Translations under genes and position numbers: made by a program
Shown here: in pieces, positions 10,193 through 19,941 of the stretch
Layout: each line of letters starts with the position of its first letter
How positions within the stretch are numbered: the first letter of the stretch is position 1
The notes under the pieces: model-generated
What the model saw: only the letters and a program-made list of their open reading frames with translations
Told to the model about the DNA's origin: nothing
The model's database searches: none
Sequence record: PV615261
Direction: 5' to 3' (one strand)
DNA from: Shigella phage vB_Shi_2KOFFS
Length of the DNA stretch: 53,672 nucleotides

Positions 10193-10937
10193 GCTCCTCG
10201 ATGATGGTACAAAATATACAAAGGCTCACGCACATGATTGGGAAGACCCAGACTGCCGTATCAAAGGGCGCTGTGAACTCTTCATCAAGATTGACGGAAT
10301 TCGAGCTATCCGTAATAAATCAGGTAGTGTCTGGAGTCGTAATTCCAAACCCCTACCTCATTTGGACCACTTACAGTTCAGAGATGCTGAAATATTCCGT
10401 AATAGTTGGAATGAGACTTCTAGCATCCTCGGACGTATTGACCCGCCAAGCATTCCTCTAACCCAGGACAATGTGTATGAGTTGAGCGATGGTGCTGTTG
10501 ACCCACGCTTGTACATCGGCTGGTGCAAAGACCCAAGCAATGAAAACCTTAAGGCATTGATGGATAAATATCTGGCGCTTGGTCATGAAGGTATCATTGT
10601 CCGTGATGCAAAAGGTAAATGGTGGAAGATTGTACCATATAAATATGCCGATGTGAAGATTACTGGTATGAAAGAAGGTACTGGTGCTCTTAAAGGTATG
10701 TGTGGCTCTATCTCCTCGAACTACGGCAGTGCTGGCTCAATGGTGAAAGATTGTCTGGCAGACCACGGTATTCCAGAATCTAACACATTGATTCGTAAGT
10801 GGTTGTGGGAACATCGCCACGAGCTAATTGGTTCGATTATGCAAGTTCGATATCGTGAGAAGACAGAAGCTGGTAAGTTCCGGTTCCCGTCACTCGTTCG
10901 TTTACGTGCAGACAAAAGTGAGGAAAGTTTTGATTAA
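10182..10937 (+). CDS. ATP-dependent DNA ligase (minimal type)
   Basis: Motif I FIKIDGIRAI (KxDGxR), motif IV HEGIIVRD, motif V WWKIVPYKYADVKITG. Confidence 0.8.
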   Translation: MSIKLLDDGTKYTKAHAHDWEDPDCRIKGRCELFIKIDGIRAIRNKSGSVWSRNSKPLPHLDHLQFRDAEIFRNSWNETSSILGRIDPPSIPLTQDNVYELSDGAVDPRLYIGWCKDPSNENLKALMDKYLALGHEGIIVRDAKGKWWKIVPYKYADVKITGMKEGTGALKGMCGSISSNYGSAGSMVKDCLADHGIPESNTLIRKWLWEHRHELIGSIMQVRYREKTEAGKFRFPSLVRLRADKSEESFD

Positions 10938-11555
10938 GCGATTAGCTGTTATTCTCAATGGACCTCCAGGCTGCGGTAAAGACACCATTGCAAATAAGAT
11001 TGTTGCTGCCGAGGAACCATACTTTCTCGGTAAGCGCAAGTTCATTAAACACCAGTTTAAGGATGCACTGTATGAGCATACTGCCAAACACTTTCAAGTT
11101 GATGTGGACAAGTTTATTCACTACGCTTCGGACCGTGACCTCAAAGACTCTATCTCCCTTGCAGGTCTTGGTGGCAGAACACCTCGTCAGGCTCTTATTC
11201 ACGTTAGCGAAGATGTGTATAAACCTCGCACGGACAAGACTACTTCGGTAAGGTTGAAGCTGCTCGTGTTGAAGAACTCGCGGGGCGTATGGGTGGCATT
11301 ATTAATGTCATTTATCCCGATGGCGGTTTTGGTGATGAAGTCGTTGCCATTGAGTCTGCTTATGATTTTGTCCTCATTGTGCGTTTGCATCGTGATGGTT
11401 TTGATTTCACGGGCGATTCTCGCAGATACATCAACCTCCCAGACACACCTACCCGCGTAACAGTGGACGAACATTTAGTTGATGGTAAAGTGGGTGATTC
11501 TGTATTCAAAGTGTTCAACTGGATTGAACGCGTAACTTATCAAGTAGAGAAATAA
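10930..11555 (+). CDS. P-loop nucleotide kinase (dNMP kinase-like), reading frame broken by a -1 frame change near 11223-11250
   Basis: Walker A LNGPPGCGKDT after TTG 10930 with GAGGA RBS; frame 1 stays protein-like to about 11240, then frame 3 (DYFGKVEAARVEELAGRMGG...) runs to stop 11555; no slippery heptamer. Confidence 0.5.
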
Positions 11556-11557
11556 TC

Positions 11558-12052
11558 ATGTCTTGTATGACCCAAGTTGTTGCTGTAAAGCGAGTGCATC
11601 CTAATGCGAAATTACCTGTGTACGCTACTGTTGGCGCTGCTGCTGCTGACGTTTGCACTATCTCCGATAGCACTGTTGTTATCAATCCCGGCTGCTCTGC
11701 TGTTTTCGATACTGGCCTCCAGTTCGAGGTTCCAGTTGGATACGAACTCAAAGTATATAGCCGTTCTGGTCATGGCTTTAAGTCTGGCATTCGCCTGGCA
11801 AACTGCACAGGAATTCTGGACTCCGATTATCGTGGCAATCTTATGGTTAAGTTGCACAATGACTCGGACACAGCCTTTGTGGTTCAGCCAGGTGAACGTA
11901 TTTGTCAAGTGCAAGTTAGTAAAGCTACTCAACACCATTTCGTTGAAGTTGACCGCTTGAATGCAACTGGTCGTGGTGAAGGTGGATTTGGCTCAACTGG
12001 TCGTGTGATGAGTGTAGTATTCGACATTAGTAACCGATTGGAACCTATCTGA
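11558..12052 (+). CDS. dut: dUTP pyrophosphatase
   Basis: dUTPase motifs AAADV, YSRSGHGFKSG, GILDSDYRGNL, RGEGGFGSTGR. Confidence 0.9.
   Translation: MSCMTQVVAVKRVHPNAKLPVYATVGAAAADVCTISDSTVVINPGCSAVFDTGLQFEVPVGYELKVYSRSGHGFKSGIRLANCTGILDSDYRGNLMVKLHNDSDTAFVVQPGERICQVQVSKATQHHFVEVDRLNATGRGEGGFGSTGRVMSVVFDISNRLEPI
12034..12051 (+). promoter_or_regulatory. degenerate copy of promoter-like motif inside the 3' end of dut
   Basis: TATTCGACATTAGTaaccgATTGG shares TATTCGACATTAGT with copy at 41894; immediately upstream of 12054 ORF and packaging genes. Confidence 0.3.
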
Positions 12053-12053
12053 A

Positions 12054-12383
12054 ATGAAACTGTCCTCACCTGTTGTAGTAAATAACCGCAAAGTTAAATT
12101 TGCATATCTCAAGTCTAATGTCACCTCAACTGGTGGCGGGACTTATCTCACCCGTGCACTTGCAGTTCGCAACGAAACAGGTGCGGATGTTATCGTTTTC
12201 ATGCTTCCTCATGGTGAAAACACAATCAAGAACGTCGAACGTATCAAGCGTGGGCGCGAAGATTTAATGTCGGCTGTCAAGCCGCTGATACTGCCATTTA
12301 AGATTGTGGTGGTTGTTGGTTCTACCCAAGCATATCTTGAAGATTTCTATAAAGATATGGCCTGGAGCGATATTAAATATTAA
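12054..12383 (+). CDS. hypothetical protein (possible small terminase subunit)
   Basis: 109-aa ORF directly upstream of the packaging genes; function by position only. Confidence 0.45.
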   Translation: MKLSSPVVVNNRKVKFAYLKSNVTSTGGGTYLTRALAVRNETGADVIVFMLPHGENTIKNVERIKRGREDLMSAVKPLILPFKIVVVVGSTQAYLEDFYKDMAWSDIKY

Positions 12384-12399
12384 GCGACACGCATAATTA

Positions 12400-12430
12400 G
12401 GGAGGCTATCTGGCCTCCTATCTTATTCGG
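12400..12430 (+). terminator. stem-loop with downstream T-rich tract (intrinsic terminator-like)
   Basis: GGAGGC-tatctg-GCCTCC hairpin followed by tatcttattcgg. Confidence 0.4.
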
Positions 12431-12438
12431 AGTCGCTT

Positions 12439-12624
12439 ATGCGCACAATACAATGCCCCAACTGCCATTATGAAATTGCAGAAGATGATTTCATAACGCA
12501 GCAATGCCCTATCTGTGATTCATACATGCCACTAAACCGCCTGTACTTAAAGGCCGATTCTGGTTTAGGCAGCATCATTCGCATCAATCCCGTGCAAACT
12601 CAGCCATTAGTGGATTGTGATTAA
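12439..12624 (+). CDS. small zinc-ribbon protein
   Basis: CPNCHYE...CPICDSY paired CxxC motifs in 61 aa. Confidence 0.45.
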   Translation: MRTIQCPNCHYEIAEDDFITQQCPICDSYMPLNRLYLKADSGLGSIIRINPVQTQPLVDCD

Positions 12625-12643
12625 AAACAAAGAGAACGAATCA

Positions 12644-14662
12644 ATGTCAAAGACTGATGACCTCGGACCGGAGTTTAATGATACAGTAGCCTCGTATCTT
12701 GCCAAGCACTACGGTGACGTATTAAAAGTCTCAAGAGAAAGATTCTGTATTCTATCTTTGCCATTGCTCCGTCGATATATTTCAGAAAATACTGCAATAG
12801 TTGACAGCTATGAAGAACAAATTCAAGCAGAGTTAGAAGGCCAGGGTCTTGAAAACGATGCTGTATTGCGTTCCGTTTTCAGAGCACAACTTGAGCGTCT
12901 TCGCTCTGGCGACAAGAAAGACTCGACTGCCTATGCAGATGAGTTGAAGAAAGGTATTCAAGCAGGTGTTACTGACCGTGTTGCAGGTTCCACATTAGAG
13001 GAGCCAAACTCGGAGCATGATAACACCGACGAACTTGTAGACAAGATTCTGCATGACCCACACAATGTGGACCCAACTGTAATCCCTGCCAAGGTTGCAG
13101 AACGTGTTCGCAAAATCTTGATGAAAAGTTTCGAAGCCTTTGGTAAATGGCAGTTCCATATTCAGATGGGATTTCCATTTCAAGCACAGGACTTTCACGA
13201 TGTAATATTCAGTGTTGGTCAAAAGGTTGTTGATGGCGAGATTGACCGCTTAATAGTGACCATTCCTCCACGACACTCTAAGACTCAGCTCATGAGTATT
13301 GCATTGCCCTTGTATTCATTTTGCCACAATGAATCAAGCCATAACATTATCACTTCGTATGCAGAAGACGTTGTTCTTGAATCGAGTGGTTACATCCGTG
13401 CTGTAATGATGGACCCACTGTTCCAACGCATATTCCCGAAGGTGAGAATCGACCCCAACAAACGTTCTCTTGAACGCTGGGGTACAACCAAAGCTGGAGT
13501 TATGCACGCAGTGCCTACTGGTGGTAAGCTAACTGGTAAAGGTGCTGGACTTCTTGTTGCAAAATACTCCGGCTGTTTCGTGGTGGATGACGTTATCAAG
13601 CCGAAAGATGCCTACTCTGACACAGTTCGAGCAGAAATCAACGACCGATTTGATAACACCTTCATGTCACGTCTCGCCAACGATGGTTGCATAACTGATT
13701 CGTACGGAAACCAAATTAAGTGTGCCCGTACACCAATGGTTATCATCATGCAGCGAGTTCATGACCAGGATTTAGTTGGTTATATACTCCGTGGTGGCTC
13801 TTCTGATAAATACCATTATCTCAATATCCCAGCGATTATTGAGAAAGGTGTCGGAAGTGCTGAATGGTATGATAAGTTAATCAAGAAGCAGAACTACACT
13901 CATGCTATTCCCATTCTGTATAATTTGAACAGGAAGGAAGAGAAGTCTGCATTATGGCCTTCACGTAAGAGCTTAGAATCTCTGGAGGCAATGAAAGAGT
14001 CTAACCCATACACATACAATTCACAGTATGCTGGCGACCCATCTGCACAAGGCCATGGCCTTATCAAAGAAGATTGGTGGCAAGAGTATGAGCCAGACGT
14101 TTTCGACAGAAGTCGCATAGTCAGAAGTTTTATTACAGCGGATACGGCATCAACTGCCAAATCCTATTCTGATTATTCGGTCCTTAAGCATTGGGGCGTG
14201 ACTAAAGAGCGTGACGTTTATTGTTTAGATATTATGCTCGGTAAGTTTGAAACTCCAGAACTCAAGACTGCTATCATCGACTTCTGGAACAAATGCAACA
14301 AGTTGGACTTGAAATGCGTAGGTTGTATTCCTCGTGCATTGTACATGGAAGACAAGTCTGCCGGACAATTCTTGAACCAACAATTTATCAGAGATGGGAG
14401 TGTCCGAGTTTTACCATTGCCTCGTGATGGGATTAATGGTAATGACAAGGTAACTCGATTCCTTAACGCAATCCCATATTTCTCGCAAAAGAGAATATTC
14501 TTCCCTGCTGGTCATGAACACATTGACCACGTTAGACGTGAAATACTTGGATTCACTTCTTTGGGTAGTGGTACTGGACACGACGATTGTGTCGATAACG
14601 TTTCAGATATGGTTGCAATCGAATTCTCAGGCCCAAGTGCCAACTACTCCGCATGGATGTAA
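12644..14662 (+). CDS. terminase large subunit
   Basis: Deviant Walker A IPPRHSKTQ, Walker B-like CFVVDDVIKP, C-terminal acidic nuclease-like region; position before portal. Confidence 0.8.
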   Translation: MSKTDDLGPEFNDTVASYLAKHYGDVLKVSRERFCILSLPLLRRYISENTAIVDSYEEQIQAELEGQGLENDAVLRSVFRAQLERLRSGDKKDSTAYADELKKGIQAGVTDRVAGSTLEEPNSEHDNTDELVDKILHDPHNVDPTVIPAKVAERVRKILMKSFEAFGKWQFHIQMGFPFQAQDFHDVIFSVGQKVVDGEIDRLIVTIPPRHSKTQLMSIALPLYSFCHNESSHNIITSYAEDVVLESSGYIRAVMMDPLFQRIFPKVRIDPNKRSLERWGTTKAGVMHAVPTGGKLTGKGAGLLVAKYSGCFVVDDVIKPKDAYSDTVRAEINDRFDNTFMSRLANDGCITDSYGNQIKCARTPMVIIMQRVHDQDLVGYILRGGSSDKYHYLNIPAIIEKGVGSAEWYDKLIKKQNYTHAIPILYNLNRKEEKSALWPSRKSLESLEAMKESNPYTYNSQYAGDPSAQGHGLIKEDWWQEYEPDVFDRSRIVRSFITADTASTAKSYSDYSVLKHWGVTKERDVYCLDIMLGKFETPELKTAIIDFWNKCNKLDLKCVGCIPRALYMEDKSAGQFLNQQFIRDGSVRVLPLPRDGINGNDKVTRFLNAIPYFSQKRIFFPAGHEHIDHVRREILGFTSLGSGTGHDDCVDNVSDMVAIEFSGPSANYSAWM

Positions 14663-14664
14663 AT

Positions 14665-14877
14665 ATGGCGGTTATCACTCGTTTAGATGCCCGCTCACGC
14701 AAGAACAACTCCTTCCAGATTCAAGATTTGGAAGGAAACATTTTGTGTGTGATTGAGGCAGTTTCTACCACAGAGAGCGACTGTGTTAAGTTAAAGCACG
14801 AGTCAAATCTGCGACTCCACACCTCCGACAACATTCAAATTGTTAAGGGTAATGGAACTATTCTAAGGAAGAAATAA
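14665..14877 (+). CDS. hypothetical protein (70 aa)
   Basis: Small ORF between terminase and portal; ATG 14665. Confidence 0.4.
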   Translation: MAVITRLDARSRKNNSFQIQDLEGNILCVIEAVSTTESDCVKLKHESNLRLHTSDNIQIVKGNGTILRKK

Positions 14878-16193
14878 TGACTTCCAAGAAGAAAAACAAT
14901 CTTTCTGTTAAAGTTGCAGATGGGTTAGAAAACCTTGTAACGGGGTTGGGCGGTCAGGCAGATAAGTCCACTTTTAACCAGTGGACTTTCTCAAACAAGA
15001 ACGCGAACTATCGCGAACTTATGAACCGCTTCCGTGAGGATTGGGTTGCACAGAAAGTGTGCACCGTCATTCCTCAAGACATGACGCGCAAGTGGCGACA
15101 TATTGATAGTGAAGAAGGACGCAAAGCGGATAAGAAACTTCGTATTCGTAAGCTGTTCCGTGAGGCATATCAATGGGCCAGATTGTATGGTACTTCATTT
15201 GTTCTGCTCGACCTGAAAGGTACGGGCAAACTTGATACACCATTGCGACTGGATAACTTGAAGACTGGATGTATTAAATCCATGAGAGTTATTGACCGCT
15301 CACGCTTATTTGCCGCAGGGACTATGGTTCTGGACCCTTTGAGTCCTCACTATGGTTTGCCAGAGTATTATACTTTGGCTGGGTATCCCGGCTATATCCA
15401 CTACACTCGTTTCCTTCGGTTCGAGGGTACTGAACTACCGCTGTTCGAATTCCAACGCAACATGTGGTATTCCGATTCGGTACTTATTCCACTGCTGAAA
15501 ACGATTGACCAATTCTACACAACTGCTGCCGCTGCCGCCAGCCTCGCCCAAGAAGCCACCATTGATGTGGTAACTGTCGAAGGCTTACAATCTTTGCTTA
15601 CATCACCGGAAGGTGAAGCTGCTGTGATGAAGCGCTTCAAACTTATGAAGCTGGCAAAGAGTATTTATAATGTCTTAATTCTCGACAATACTGAGAAGTA
15701 TGACACCAAGTCAATTGCACTATCTGGTGTGAAAGACTTGATTTGGGAATACTTGAAGATAGTTGCTGCCGCAGTTGGTATTCCGGCTACACGTTTCCTT
15801 TCTGCATCTCCAGACGGTATGAATGCTACGGGCGAATCTGACCTCGTAAACTATATCGACTTGTTGACAGGCTTGCAGACTTCTGTGTTCGACCCTCGTT
15901 TAGATGTGGTAGACAAGATTGTCCAAGCGCACTTTGGCATTGAAGAGTATAGCTACGAATGGCTAGACATCTTCCCTGAATCCAACGTTGAGAAAGCGAA
16001 GCGAGCTAAAGATTTGGCATTTGCTGTTGACCTGCTGGTTAACAACGGTACTATTACTACCGAAGTTGCAAACGAAGTCATGTTCCATTCGGGCGTGTTC
16101 GGAACTTGTGACCTTGGCAAGCCAAATCCTAATCCTCCTAACATCCAAAAGGGTAACGCAAGTGAAGCAAAGCCAAAACCTGGTTCAGCTTAA
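14877..16193 (+). CDS. portal protein
   Basis: 438-aa ORF between terminase and scaffold genes; assignment by synteny and size. Confidence 0.6.
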   Translation: MTSKKKNNLSVKVADGLENLVTGLGGQADKSTFNQWTFSNKNANYRELMNRFREDWVAQKVCTVIPQDMTRKWRHIDSEEGRKADKKLRIRKLFREAYQWARLYGTSFVLLDLKGTGKLDTPLRLDNLKTGCIKSMRVIDRSRLFAAGTMVLDPLSPHYGLPEYYTLAGYPGYIHYTRFLRFEGTELPLFEFQRNMWYSDSVLIPLLKTIDQFYTTAAAAASLAQEATIDVVTVEGLQSLLTSPEGEAAVMKRFKLMKLAKSIYNVLILDNTEKYDTKSIALSGVKDLIWEYLKIVAAAVGIPATRFLSASPDGMNATGESDLVNYIDLLTGLQTSVFDPRLDVVDKIVQAHFGIEEYSYEWLDIFPESNVEKAKRAKDLAFAVDLLVNNGTITTEVANEVMFHSGVFGTCDLGKPNPNPPNIQKGNASEAKPKPGSA

Positions 16194-16206
16194 CGACGAA
16201 GATACC

Positions 16207-17226
16207 GTGAATGAAGTAGTTTTGTTGAACGACAAGGCTACTTTGACGACCCGTCGTTTACGTGACTCTGGCGAAATGATTGCAGAATGCACCATCGCTC
16301 GTACTGGCATCATGCTGTATAAAGCAAAAGAACTTGGTGAAATCGCAAAACATCTGGACCCAGAATCTATTTGCCGTGTTCGTACCAAGCCGGAAGTATT
16401 ATTTGACGAAGCAACCATTGAAGGTTGTCGCTCAATTCCGGTTACTATCGGCCATCCGAAAAATGATGTTAACATCAAGAACAACAAAGAACTCCAGAAA
16501 GGGTTCATCGAAGGGCGTCCAGTTGCAGACGGTTCTTTCTTGGCTGCATCAATCGTTTTGAATGACGAGCAAGCTATTCGATTAGTTGATTCTGGTGTTG
16601 ACCAAATCTCCTTGGGCCATAATGCTGAACTGGCTGTATCAGAAGATGATGAAGCCGACTTCGATAAAGTTCGCATTATTCCTAATCATGCTGCAATTGT
16701 TGTTCGTGGTCGCGCTCAGACTACGCGCATTGGCGACTCTGGCGAAGAGATTGCCATTGTTGATAAGGCAACCTTTGACGTTGTTGAAGCAGAGCGTGAT
16801 GCAGCGCTTGACAAGATTAGTGTCCTTGAACAGAAACTTGCTGATGCAGAAACTGCACGACTATCCGATGAAGCTATTCAGGCTGAGGTAGACAAACGTG
16901 TAGTTGCTCGTACAGCATTGCTTGTTGATGTGGCCCGTCTTGGCGACGAGTTCTCCAACCTCGATTTCTCCGGCAAGACCGATGCAGAAATTAAGTTGGC
17001 TGTAGTTAATAAATTGCATGACAAGGATTTCAGCGATAAGAGCGAAGACTATATCTCCGCCCGTTTCGATGCAGCTCTTGAAGATTGCGATTCCATTACT
17101 TTGGGAGATGCCCTGAATCAGTCTATGCAATTCTCTGCTAAGAAAGATTCAGAAGCTCGTAAACCTAAAGTTTCTATTTCCGAAGAAGCTAACAAACGTC
17201 GTTTAGAACGCTTCAACTCTTTATAA
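16207..17226 (+). CDS. capsid scaffolding (or scaffold/protease) protein
   Basis: Acidic coiled-coil-like segment DVVEAERDAALDKISVLEQKLADAETARLSDEAIQAEV; position between portal and capsid genes; start uncertain (GTG 16207 or ATG 16276). Confidence 0.5.
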   Translation: MNEVVLLNDKATLTTRRLRDSGEMIAECTIARTGIMLYKAKELGEIAKHLDPESICRVRTKPEVLFDEATIEGCRSIPVTIGHPKNDVNIKNNKELQKGFIEGRPVADGSFLAASIVLNDEQAIRLVDSGVDQISLGHNAELAVSEDDEADFDKVRIIPNHAAIVVRGRAQTTRIGDSGEEIAIVDKATFDVVEAERDAALDKISVLEQKLADAETARLSDEAIQAEVDKRVVARTALLVDVARLGDEFSNLDFSGKTDAEIKLAVVNKLHDKDFSDKSEDYISARFDAALEDCDSITLGDALNQSMQFSAKKDSEARKPKVSISEEANKRRLERFNSL

Positions 17227-17235
17227 GGTAAGACA

Positions 17236-17709
17236 ATGCCAAAGCAAGATTGGTCTATTAATACTGGTGAAGCATATGCAGGTGAACAATATGGCCTGGC
17301 TACCACCAACTCCCAGCGCCTGACCTACGTTGCCGAAGAAGAAATGGCAAACTTTGGTCTGGCTGTTGTTCAAGGCACAGCTTCTAATCAGGTTAAACCT
17401 GGTATTGGGGAAGACGGCACTGTTCTGGGCATTACTATGCGCCAGATTAACATCGAATCTGCTACTCGTCCTGGCGACGGCACTGTTGCAATTAAAGTTG
17501 GCTGGCCTCTGGGTGTTATGCTGTCTGGCCCAATCATGGTCAAACTGAAAACTGCAATCACCGACAAGAACATTGGTGTATCCACTAAAGGCGAATTTGG
17601 TGGTGTTGGTGCTGGGTATACTAAAGCAACCAACCTGACTGCCCTGCGTTATCCGGCTTCCGCTGGCGATGTTGTCCCGGTCATGATTAACGTAGTCCCA
17701 AAGCCGTAA
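17236..17709 (+). CDS. capsid-associated decoration-like protein, 0-frame product (157 aa)
   Basis: Optimised codon usage; beta-rich Gly/Val composition; located between scaffold and major capsid gene. Confidence 0.65.
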   Translation: MPKQDWSINTGEAYAGEQYGLATTNSQRLTYVAEEEMANFGLAVVQGTASNQVKPGIGEDGTVLGITMRQINIESATRPGDGTVAIKVGWPLGVMLSGPIMVKLKTAITDKNIGVSTKGEFGGVGAGYTKATNLTALRYPASAGDVVPVMINVVPKP

Positions 17710-18002
17710 CGCCACCCCCAGCCCCTACAGTATCTGCTGTAGCTGGAGTTGTAACGGTTGATGCGTCTTCTACTGATGCCACTGTAACTGTAGACAAGCT
17801 GTTCAAGTTTGAGAACTCTACAGCAACAGATTATAACTTCGCTGTTACACCTCCTGTGACTGGTGTTTCTGTGGCGGCAAACGGCACTGTGACTGTCTTG
17901 AATGAGACGACCACAGAGACTTCTGCTACAATTAAGGCAACAAACAAAACAACCTCTAGCGTAACTGCGACCAAAGAAATTACCATTACGCCGAAGGCTT
18001 AA
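17236..18002 (+). CDS. -1 frameshift fusion product: decoration-like protein plus C-terminal Ig-like domain
   Basis: After slipping at 17697-17703 the -1 frame reads AVTPPPAPTVSAVAGVVTVDASSTDATVTVDKLFKFENSTATDYNFAVTPPVTGVSVAANGTVTVLNETTTETSATIKATNKTTSSVTATKEITITPKA, ending TAA 18000-18002. Confidence 0.55.
17697..17703 (+). promoter_or_regulatory. -1 programmed ribosomal frameshift slippery heptamer C CCA AAG
   Basis: X XXY YYZ heptamer in the 0 frame, 3 nt before the TAA stop of 17236..17709; the -1 frame is open for 99 codons downstream. Confidence 0.6.
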
Positions 18003-18024
18003 GTTGCAATGGCGCAATTAATGG

Positions 18025-19064
18025 TTGCGCCTCATCAAACAAAACGGATTAATTTACATGCCTAAGATGATTAAACTGGCGGACGGTTCTGAATTTGAAC
18101 TGAACGACGCTATCACCCGTATTCAGGATTCTGGCACTGTTGTCCTGAATGACGACGATGCAGTATTCTTTCAACGCCAGCTTGAGTTCATTGAAGCTCA
18201 AACTTATGACACCCTGTATCCAGAACTGGAAGCGCGTGCTGCTTTCGGTGTGGACACCACTGGTGGCGCTGGCGTAAACACTCTGACCTACCGTTCCTAC
18301 AACCATGTAGGTAAAGCTCAGGTAATTAACGCCCGTGCAACCGACCTGCCGAAGTCCAGCATTTCTGGTAAAGAATACAGCATCCCTGTTAAATCAGTTG
18401 GTACTGCATTCGACTACGATATTGACGAAGTAGCGTCTGCTGCTGTTACTGGCCTCCCGCTGGAAACTCGTAAAGCGAATGCTGCTATTCGTGGTTACGA
18501 GCAGTATGTTAACTCTGCTGCATGGTACGGCGATAAAGCTAACGGCTTTGTTGGCTTCTTCGAAAACCCAGACATTACCAAAGCAACTGTTGCTCAGGGT
18601 GCTGGTGGTTCTACCAAGTGGGCCGAGAAGACCCGACCGAAGTTATTGCCGACCTGACTGCTGCTGTGTCTGCAATGTATGCTTCTACTCTGAAAATTAT
18701 GCGCCCAGATGAAATCTGGATGCCTGTTGAGCATGAGCAGTACATCTTCAACACTGCACGTTCTGAACAGTCTGATAAGACGATTGGTCAGTTCTTCATT
18801 GACAACAACCAGTTCATCAACTCCCGCGATAAAATCAAGGGTCTGAACGCAATCAAAGGTCACGGCGATTCTGGCTCCGATTGCTTCGTTGTTGTTTGCC
18901 GCAATGCAATGGGCAACCGTACTTTCCGTCTGCGTGAGCCTCTGCCACTGACCTGGCAACCGGTACAGCTTCATGGTCTGGTTTATGAAGTTCCTGGCCG
19001 TGGTCGTTTCGCTGGCTTCCAAGCGATGTATCCGGCAGCAATCTCCATCAACTCCGGCATCTGA
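18025..19064 (+). CDS. major capsid protein; reading frame changes (-1) near 18628-18640 in this sequence
   Basis: Strongly optimised codons; frame 1 (18025..18657) and frame 3 (18618..19064) are each protein-like and together about 350 aa; no slippery heptamer at the junction. Confidence 0.65.
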
Positions 19065-19070
19065 TAAATA

Positions 19071-19090
19071 GGGCGGGACTGTTCTCGCCC
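19071..19090 (+). other. stem-loop after capsid gene (possible terminator or RNA processing site)
   Basis: GGGCGGGA-ctgt-TCTCGCCC, 8-bp stem with one G-U pair; no strong U-tract. Confidence 0.35.
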
Positions 19091-19110
19091 ATAACTTAAG
19101 AGAAATAGTA

Positions 19111-19551
19111 ATGCAGATTAAGAACAACGAATCACGCAACCTTCAATTCTTCTTCTATAAGAAGGGAAAGTCTGGCAAATCTGAGCTGGACTTTGTTCAC
19201 ATTCCTGGTGGCGCAACTGTAGAAATCGATGACGAAATCTACAAATCTCTTACGGCATCTCTGACGGAAGTTGAAGAACTGCGCGAAGAAGTGGTTCCGC
19301 TTGATGACGAGAATATCGGTGCTTCTGTTAATACTGGTAAAGAAGCTCTTGTCATTAAAGAGTATTACAGCACTGGCAAAACTCGCAAAGTCAACCTGGT
19401 TAAAGAAGCAATCAAAGCTGGTTCTCTTACCATTGTTGAACGTGTGAAAGTTGGTATGCCTGACATTGATGCTATTCTGACTAAGAATGGTATTGATATC
19501 AAAGGTATGCCGGAAGACGTTAAACTGGCACTCTACGATAAGTTGGCGTAA
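19111..19551 (+). CDS. hypothetical virion/head-completion protein
   Basis: 146-aa ORF in structural block; ATG after AGAGAAATAG. Confidence 0.5.
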   Translation: MQIKNNESRNLQFFFYKKGKSGKSELDFVHIPGGATVEIDDEIYKSLTASLTEVEELREEVVPLDDENIGASVNTGKEALVIKEYYSTGKTRKVNLVKEAIKAGSLTIVERVKVGMPDIDAILTKNGIDIKGMPEDVKLALYDKLA

Positions 19552-19941
19552 ATGATAACACTAACCGATTTGGTGAAACGTTATCCGGCTATGGCTGACA
19601 TGACCCAAGCACGTTTTGACATTTTAGTTGAAGATGCAAAACTTGTGATGGGAACAATCGAATCGCGTTGGTGTGGGTTTTATGACCCAGCTATGGCATC
19701 ACTTGTCGCGCACTGGTCTTCAACAATTGATGACTTAATGCCTGGTGATGCCGCAATGCCAGCTATGCCTGTAAGTCGTACTGATGTGGACGATGTGCAG
19801 GTAGAGTTCAGCGACCGAATCATTTCGACTATCCCATATATCGAAGCTGATTTCATGTCAACCGTGTACGGTCAACGTTATTTACAATGGCGGCGTATGG
19901 CATTTGCTGGGCCGAGGGTAAGCCCTGGGTCACAGTTTTGA
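19552..19941 (+). CDS. hypothetical head-tail connector protein
   Basis: 129-aa ORF, ATGA overlap with upstream stop; function by position. Confidence 0.45.
   Translation: MITLTDLVKRYPAMADMTQARFDILVEDAKLVMGTIESRWCGFYDPAMASLVAHWSSTIDDLMPGDAAMPAMPVSRTDVDDVQVEFSDRIISTIPYIEADFMSTVYGQRYLQWRRMAFAGPRVSPGSQF

Noticed and set aside
10828-10929. Upstream extension of the kinase ORF (track start 10828) overlapping the ligase gene
   Set aside because: It overlaps the ligase coding sequence in another frame with no motif; TTG 10930 preceded by GAGGA is the more plausible start.
15988-16206. N-terminal 73 codons of the track ORF 15988..17226, overlapping the portal gene in another frame
   Set aside because: Translation there is Leu/Cys/Trp-rich and not protein-like; the scaffold gene most likely starts at GTG 16207 or ATG 16276 after the portal stop.
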